Shown here: positions 58,034 to 64,000 of the stretch, piece by piece | Layout: every line of letters starts with the position of its first letter | Numbering within the stretch: position 1 is the stretch's first letter | NCBI GenBank assembly: GCA_947478395.1 | Contig: CANJVR010000005.1 | Span: 96,001-160,000 of the forward strand | DNA length: 64,000 bases | DNA from: Opitutia bacterium | Lineage (GTDB): Bacteria; Verrucomicrobiota; Verrucomicrobiia; Opitutales; Opitutaceae | Direction of reading: 5' to 3' | The notes under the pieces: generated by a model | The model's database searches: none | The model's input: only the letters and a program-made list of their open reading frames with translations | Told to the model about the DNA's origin: nothing | Made by a program: the position numbers and the translations under genes

Positions 58034-60082
58034 ATGAAGCGACCGAAACGTTCTGCCTCGACCCCCGAGATCACCGCGGTCGCACCGGAGCCGGGGCGCT
58101 GGCCGATGGTTGCGATCTTTGCGCTGGTCCTGGCGGTGAGCCTCGCCGCTTATTACCCCGCGCTGGCCGGCGATTTTTTGTGGGACGATTCAGGCCACGT
58201 CACCAACCCGGCGCTGCAGTCATGGTCCGGCCTCTGGCGCATCTGGTTCGAAGTCGGCGTCACCCAGCAATACTATCCGCTCCTGCATACGGCATTCTGG
58301 ATCGAGCATCGGCTTTGGGGCGACGCACCCGTCGGCTATCACGTCGTCAACCTCCTGCAGCATGCCGCCGCCGCGACTTTGTTCGGCGTGCTACTCCGTC
58401 GGCTCTTTGACGGCAACGCGAGCGCTTCGACCGGGCTCAGGGCATCCGATTCAGATGCGGTGGCCGCCGGTCTTCAGCGCAGGCGCTACCCCAGAGCCGA
58501 GTGGTTCGCGGCCGGGCTGTTTCTCCTGCATCCGGTCTGCGTCGAATCGGTGGCGTGGATCTGCGAGCAGAAGAACACGCTTTCCCTCGTGCTTTATCTT
58601 GGCGCCGCCCTCGCCTACCTGCGTTTCGATGCCGGGCGTTCGCCACGCGCTTATGCCGTCGCCACGCTCCTCTTTGTCGGGGCGCTGCTGACCAAAACCG
58701 TCACGGCCTCGTTGCCCGCCGCCTTGCTGGTCGTTTTTTGGTGGCAGCGCGGGCGCTTGGGCTGGCGCCGTGAGGTTAAGCCACTGCTTCCTTGGTTCGC
58801 CCTCGGTGCCGGCGGCGGCCTGTTCACCGCCCACTTCGAGCGCGTGCTCATCGGCGCGCAGGGCACCGATTTCACCTTAGGCGCGCTGGAACGCCCGCTC
58901 CTCGCCGGCCGCGTCTTCTGGTTCTACCTCGGCAAGCTGGCCTGGCCCGCCGACCTGAGTTTCGTGTATCCGCGGTGGCATGTTGACGCCGCCGTTGGGT
59001 GGCAGTGGCTTTTTCTGGCCGCCGCACTCGGCCTCCTAGCCGGGCTGGCTTGGTGGAGCCGGCGCACACGGGGTCCGCTCGCCGCGGCGCTCGTATTTGG
59101 CGGTTCGCTTTTTCCGGTGCTGGGCTTCGTCAACGTCTACCCGTTCGTGTTTTCCTACGTCGCCGATCACTTCCAATATCTCGCCAGCCTGACGGTCTTC
59201 GCTCTCGCCGGCGTCGGCCTCAGCTTTTTGCCCCGCTCGGCTGGAACGATTACGGCCACACTGCTCGCCGCGCTGTGCGGCATCCTCACGTGGAACCAAG
59301 CCTCGGACTATCGTGACAACGTCACGCTCTACGAAGCCACGCTGCGGAAGAATCCCGACGCCTGGCTGGCGCATCACAATCTCGCCACGATCCTCGTCGA
59401 CCGCGGCCGGCCTGACGTCGCCCTGCCCCACATCGAGCGGACTCTGGCGCTCCGACCGGATTACCCCGAGGCGCTGAACAATCTCGGCAATTGCGTCACG
59501 CACCTCGGTCGCGCGGCCGAGGCGATCGCGCCGCTCGAACACGCCCTTCGCCTGCGGCCCCGCTATGCCGAAGCGCACAACAACCTCGGCATCGCCCTGA
59601 TGGCTTTGGGCCGCAACGACGAAGGGCTCGCCCAGTTCACTGAGGCGTCGAAAATTAATCCCAGCTACGCCGGCGCCCGCTTCAACCTCGGTCTCGCGCT
59701 CCTCTCGTCGGGCCACGCGAGCGAGGCCATCCCGCATTTCGCCGCCGCCGTCCGCCTGCAACCCGACTACGCCGACGCGGAGGTGAACTGGGGCGACGCG
59801 CTGCTGCTCAGCGACCGACTGACGGAAGCGATGCCGCACTATGAAGCTGCGCTCAAGCTCCAGCCTGAATCGTACGTCGCGCATTTCAGCTTTGGCCGCG
59901 CCCTCCTGCGCGCCGGGCGCTACGACGATGCAATCTCTCACTTCGAGCAGGCGCTGCAGCTCAATCCCGCTCTGGCCGAAGCCCACCAGCAGCTCGCCGT
60001 CGCACTGGGCCAATCCGGTCGTTCCGCCGAGGCCAACGCTCACCTCCTCGAAGCGCGCCGGCTGCGTCCGGGTGCATTCTGA
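58034..60082 (+). CDS. TMTC-like GT-C membrane glycosyltransferase with C-terminal TPR repeats
   Basis: F.WDD, YYPL, YH.VN..QH, F.LHPV.VESVAWI.E.KN.LS, L.K, FYL.KL.WP..L...Y, VADH.QYL; about 8 TPRs (AH.NLG). Confidence 0.85.
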   Translation: MKRPKRSASTPEITAVAPEPGRWPMVAIFALVLAVSLAAYYPALAGDFLWDDSGHVTNPALQSWSGLWRIWFEVGVTQQYYPLLHTAFWIEHRLWGDAPVGYHVVNLLQHAAAATLFGVLLRRLFDGNASASTGLRASDSDAVAAGLQRRRYPRAEWFAAGLFLLHPVCVESVAWICEQKNTLSLVLYLGAALAYLRFDAGRSPRAYAVATLLFVGALLTKTVTASLPAALLVVFWWQRGRLGWRREVKPLLPWFALGAGGGLFTAHFERVLIGAQGTDFTLGALERPLLAGRVFWFYLGKLAWPADLSFVYPRWHVDAAVGWQWLFLAAALGLLAGLAWWSRRTRGPLAAALVFGGSLFPVLGFVNVYPFVFSYVADHFQYLASLTVFALAGVGLSFLPRSAGTITATLLAALCGILTWNQASDYRDNVTLYEATLRKNPDAWLAHHNLATILVDRGRPDVALPHIERTLALRPDYPEALNNLGNCVTHLGRAAEAIAPLEHALRLRPRYAEAHNNLGIALMALGRNDEGLAQFTEASKINPSYAGARFNLGLALLSSGHASEAIPHFAAAVRLQPDYADAEVNWGDALLLSDRLTEAMPHYEAALKLQPESYVAHFSFGRALLRAGRYDDAISHFEQALQLNPALAEAHQQLAVALGQSGRSAEANAHLLEARRLRPGAF

Positions 60083-60095
60083 TCCATTTTTCCGC

Positions 60096-60234
60096 CTTAG
60101 CGGTTTAAGTTTCACGCAGCCGTTTTGTGGAGCGGCAGGCGTCTCTGCCTGCCAGGTTCGGCCTCATCGTTTCGGCAGGCAGGGACGCCTGCCGCTACGC
60201 TTTTAGCTGCGACGCTTTGGGTTAAACCGCCCTA
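60096..60234 (-). mobile_element. ~140-bp MITE-like element, copy C (best preserved internal REP2 pair)
   Basis: tagcggtttaagttt...ggagcggcaggcgtctctgcctgcc...ggcaggcagggacgcctgccgctac...gggttaaaccgcccta. Confidence 0.82.
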
Positions 60235-60530
60235 AGCCGCGCACGATTTCGCCGATGGGTAAAAATTAAAAGGCACCCGCGGCGCGGAGCCCGACATCGC
60301 GAGCGAAAGGGCGAAACTGACGCCGAGTTCTTGAGGTACGAAAGCCCACCGATCCATTCGGAGGTTTGGTCACAAAGAGGTGCGAAAGAATCCTTCGGCT
60401 CCGGCCGAACGCAAAGGCGCCAGTCGGCGCACAGGTGGTGGAGACTAAGACAGCGACGAAATTTTGCGCCCTTTTTGAGGCCAACTTCCGAAACGTCGCG
60501 CCCTCCTATCGCCGTCCGCGTAACGCCGCC

Positions 60531-62141
60531 TCAAATCGTTGCGCGTTCCGCCGCCGCCCGCCGGGCATCCGCGACTCCCGCTGAATTCGTGACCGAAAAA
60601 TCCCGCACGTCCCGCAGCACAAACATCGGCGCAGCGCCGGTCCGTTGCGCCTCAAAGCCGTCGAATGAAACGTCCTCGACGTCGTCGAGCCGGACCGGCG
60701 GCCGTTGCTCGGGCCGGGCGAAACTCACGCGAAAGTTTTTGATCCGCAGGCCACGCGCGTGACGGGCAAAAAAACCGTACGACGGCAGTACCCCAAACAT
60801 GCTCGGCTCCGGATACGCGCGCTCGTTTTCCGGCGGCTCGATCGCCGCATCGGCCGCCGTGCCGCCGCCGCGATACTCGATCTGAATATTACTCAGCGTC
60901 ACGTCCTCAACGGCATGGCCCGGCAGGCCCACCACTTGCGACGCATAACGGGCATCGGCATCCGTCACGGTGATATCGCTGATGGTCACGCGGCGCACGC
61001 GGCCGATGGCGGGATCGTTCGGGCCGCGGCCTCGATTCCCCAGCCGCACAAAAATCGGCGCTGTCACGATCTCACGCATGGTGAGGTGAGTTGCGCTTAC
61101 GTCCTCGATCACGCCACCATCCACCATCTCGATCGCCAGTCCACGACTGCGCACAAACTCGCATTTGGTAATCGTGATATTGCGGAAACTGCCATTCGTC
61201 TCCGTGCCGATCTTGATGCGGCCGGTCACGCCATCGAGATCGGGCGCGAGTTCCTGCGTGCGCTGAAAAGTACCGTCGAGCATCGTGCCGATGTCGAAGC
61301 CCGACACGGTGCAATCGGTGACGACGACATTTTCCGTCGAGCGCACTGCGCCCAACGCGTACGAGCTCTTCAACACGATGGCGTCATCGTTCGGCGCGTT
61401 GACCCGGCAATGGGAAATATGAACGTTACGACAGCTATCGCAGTCGAAGCCGTCGCGATTGGTGTCCACGTCGACGTTCTCAATCGTCAAGCCATCGACG
61501 CCCGTGGCGAGCAGCGCAAAGTGTCCGCCAAGCAGCACGGAAAAATCGCGGAGGACAACGCCCCGGCAATTTTTCAGGCCGATCGCCTTGTTGCCCTTTC
61601 CAGCCATGAAGTCCGTGTCGGTCCCCGGCTCGCCGTCTGACTGCAGCTGTTTGACGTTGGTGATCCCACGCATGCTCACCGGCATGTCGCCGTCGAGCTT
61701 CGCCCGGCGCGGACCCGGGCCCGACCGCGTGAGACCGGCGCCATGAATACGCCCGGGCCCGACGATCGCGATGTCCTCCAGATCCTCGCCCCAAATGAGG
61801 CTGTTGCGCCAATGACTGTGGCCAAAATCCTGAAAGGCATCCCACGGGTTGGGTTCCGCCGCGTCGTAAGCGCCGAAACCTGCCGCCGGTTCCGCGGCGA
61901 GCAACGTGGCGCCCAATGCCAGCTGCAACGTCACGTGACTCCGGAGGCGAATCGAGAAACTCAAAAACGTCCCCGCTGGAAAAACGACGGTGCCGCCACC
62001 TGCCGCGTGGGCCGCTTCGATCGCGCGGTTGATCGCCGCCGTATCGAGGCTCACGCCGTCGCCTCGCGCGCCGTAGTCATGCACGTCGAACCCGCGGAGC
62101 GCGACGCTGCGAAGTGGGCCGACGGGGGCGGCCGGATTCAT
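60531..62141 (-). CDS. Glycoside hydrolase family 28 (polygalacturonase-like)
   Basis: FDV.DYGARGDG...DTAAIN.AI.A....GGGTV.FPAG.F; NRDG, NDDAIVLKS, RIKIGTE; ATG at 62141 preferred. Confidence 0.9.
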   Translation of the reverse strand: MNPAAPVGPLRSVALRGFDVHDYGARGDGVSLDTAAINRAIEAAHAAGGGTVVFPAGTFLSFSIRLRSHVTLQLALGATLLAAEPAAGFGAYDAAEPNPWDAFQDFGHSHWRNSLIWGEDLEDIAIVGPGRIHGAGLTRSGPGPRRAKLDGDMPVSMRGITNVKQLQSDGEPGTDTDFMAGKGNKAIGLKNCRGVVLRDFSVLLGGHFALLATGVDGLTIENVDVDTNRDGFDCDSCRNVHISHCRVNAPNDDAIVLKSSYALGAVRSTENVVVTDCTVSGFDIGTMLDGTFQRTQELAPDLDGVTGRIKIGTETNGSFRNITITKCEFVRSRGLAIEMVDGGVIEDVSATHLTMREIVTAPIFVRLGNRGRGPNDPAIGRVRRVTISDITVTDADARYASQVVGLPGHAVEDVTLSNIQIEYRGGGTAADAAIEPPENERAYPEPSMFGVLPSYGFFARHARGLRIKNFRVSFARPEQRPPVRLDDVEDVSFDGFEAQRTGAAPMFVLRDVRDFSVTNSAGVADARRAAAERATI

Positions 62142-62379
62142 AGCGCGGACGGCATGCGACGCAGCACGCTGGGGAGAAGCGATGGAGGGTTCAAGGGACA
62201 GTCGGTCAGACAACCGATTCGGCCGGCCCAAGTTAACCCGCCGAACCGTCAGACGGTCAGATACTGCAAGAGAATCCTGATTTAATTTACGCCTCAAACC
62301 ACGTTCGCGATTCCAAATCGAAAGATGGGTCGGCGGTGCATGATTCCCGGTCGCCAGCGGCAGCTCGAGTGCTGAACTC

Positions 62380-62607
62380 ATACCGAAGCCCCCTTCCGAT
62401 CGTTGCCCATGAGCCCGCAAGCCCCAGGATATCGCCGATCACGACACGGAATAAAGCGTGCCGCTGGATGACCCGCAGACGCGATTAGAATGGCTGATTC
62501 TCGAGGGCGCGCAGGCGGGCCTGAGCTGGTCCATCGTGCTGACGAAGGGCAAAAATTATCGCCGGGCCTTTGGCGGTTTTAACCCAGAAAAATCGCGCGG
62601 TACGACA
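62380..62607 (+). pseudogene. tag: DNA-3-methyladenine glycosylase I (tag) remnant
   Basis: RCP*ARKPQDIADHDTE*SVPLDD....LEWLILEGAQAGLSW..VL.K..NYRRAF.GF.PEK, frameshift to IARYD, then similarity stops; stops occupy both conserved Trp positions; start codon reads ATA. Confidence 0.85.
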
Positions 62608-62872
62608 CGGGGACGTTTACGTGCTGCAAAACTGCGTGAAACTTTGCGATCTCGACGATGTACTCACGGAGCTCAGCCGACCCTACGTGCGGGCGAACTA
62701 AACCGCCGCAAAGCGAAGGCGGCGCAAAGCCCTTCACGAACGAACGCTAGACCGGAGGATCGCGAAACCGGGGAAACCTTGAAAACGGGGAAACGCCAGT
62801 CGAGATTTTCGCTCTAACGAATCCTTCGTTTCAACGATTCACCCGAATCACCATTTCAAGATTTTCCGCACG

Positions 62873-63445
62873 ATGGCCAAAGTTTATTTCTATTACTCCG
62901 CGATGAACGCCGGGAAAAGCACCGTGCTGCTGCAGGCGAGCTACAACTATCAGGAACGCGGTATGCGCACGCTGGTCTTCGCCCCGGCGATCGACACCCG
63001 CGCCGGCCTCGGGCGCGTCCGCTCGCGCATCGGCCTCGAAGCCCCGGCGGAAGTGCTGACCGCGACCGACAATCTCCTCAATCGCGTGAGCCACGAACAC
63101 GCCTCCACCCCGGTGGCCTGCGTGTTGGTGGACGAGGCGCAGTTTCTCACGCGAGCCCAGGTCGAGCAACTCACGGTCGTGGCCGACTCGCTGGACATTC
63201 CCGTGCTGTGCTACGGCCTCCGCACCGATTTCAAGGCGCAGCTTTTTCCCGGCAGTGCGGCGTTGCTCGCGCTGGCGGACGATCTCACCGAGTTAAAGAC
63301 CATCTGCCACTGCGGTCGCAAAGCCACGATGAACCTGCGCGTCGATGCCGGCGGCCGCGCGCTCCGCGAAGGCGCCCAGATCGAAATCGGCGGCAACGAA
63401 CGCTACCTCGCGGTCTGCCGCCGTCACTTCAACACCGCGGAGTAG
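62873..63445 (+). CDS. tdk: Thymidine kinase
   Basis: [54 protein letters not shown]. Confidence 0.97.
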   Translation: MAKVYFYYSAMNAGKSTVLLQASYNYQERGMRTLVFAPAIDTRAGLGRVRSRIGLEAPAEVLTATDNLLNRVSHEHASTPVACVLVDEAQFLTRAQVEQLTVVADSLDIPVLCYGLRTDFKAQLFPGSAALLALADDLTELKTICHCGRKATMNLRVDAGGRALREGAQIEIGGNERYLAVCRRHFNTAE

Positions 63446-63554
63446 CGCGCGGCCTCAGCCCGCGTCGTAAATTTCGGAACAAGGGCTGAAACCGCGCGCT
63501 AATCGGAAAGTTTAGCGATTCCCCTCCGGCTTTTTTCCCATTTAGTCCCCTCCC

Positions 63555-64000
63555 ATGTCCAACGCTTCGTCCCACGATTTTTTTATCGGCACCTACACCA
63601 AGGATGGCAGTCGCGGCATCTACGCGACGCGCTTGGACGCCCGGTCCGGCGCGCTCAGCTCGCCCTCGCTCGCCGCCGAAACCGCCAACCCGAACTTTCT
63701 CGCGTCATCGCCCCGCGGAGAATTTCTCTACGCATTGCAGGAAGTGTGCACCCCCGAGGGAAAGCCCGGCGGTGGCGTGAGCGCCTTCGCCATCGATCCC
63801 ACCACGCGCGCACTCGCGCCACTCAACTCCGTGGCCACCGGCGGCGCGTCGGTCAGTCATCTCGCGCTCGACGCCACCCAACGCGTCCTCATCGCCGTCA
63901 GCTACGGCGGCGGGTACATCGTGTCGTTTGCCCTGCTGGCCGACGGACGCATCGGCGCACCTTCACGACTCATCGCCCAACAGGGCCAGCTCGGCCCCAA
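63555..64000 (+). CDS. Lactonase family protein (6-phosphogluconolactonase-like beta-propeller), partial
   Basis: Own translation: MSNASSHDFFIGTYTKDGSRGIY...G.L.....AAETANPNFLA.SP.G.FLYA..E.......G.VSAFAID...L..LN; runs off the window end. Confidence 0.88.
   Translation, partial: MSNASSHDFFIGTYTKDGSRGIYATRLDARSGALSSPSLAAETANPNFLASSPRGEFLYALQEVCTPEGKPGGGVSAFAIDPTTRALAPLNSVATGGASVSHLALDATQRVLIAVSYGGGYIVSFALLADGRIGAPSRLIAQQGQLGP

Overview
GC-rich bacterial chromosome segment. The gene set and protein styles point to Verrucomicrobiota, probably Opitutaceae (inference). Housekeeping and envelope genes dominate: an M16 peptidase pair, tetR-fabF, a HIT-phoH-7TM/HD-ybeY-DUF502-recO-DedA run, a nuclease-DinG helicase, rsmB, a long greA, tolB, mrp, rpmG (absent from the ORF track), a PTS-IIA/diadenylate-cyclase fusion, an orphan nuoA, dnaG-rpoD, tatA, a CPA2/RCK_C antiporter, mreB-mreC-mreD-mrdA and tdk. 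There are also large secreted proteins and carbohydrate genes (TonB-dependent receptor, CE7, GH28, lactonase). I saw no rRNA, tRNA, CRISPR array or prophage. Five things stand out. (1) A nonsense-inactivated REP-associated tyrosine transposase (RAYT), flanked by its REPs, sits between mreB and mreC, with matching REP copies elsewhere. (2) A ~140-bp TIR-bounded miniature element carrying its own internal REP doublet occurs five times. (3) 7-nt-period arrays and palindromes lie in frame inside several conserved genes. (4) Three consecutive genes, one a remnant, end in the same ~135-aa domain, a candidate lineage-specific export or anchoring tag. (5) A possible complete c-di-AMP circuit is present: PtsN-like cyclase, PgpH-like hydrolase and RCK_C antiporter. 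Decayed gene remnants (aldo/keto reductase, tag) hide in apparently intergenic DNA. All calls come from motif recognition by eye; no searches were run.
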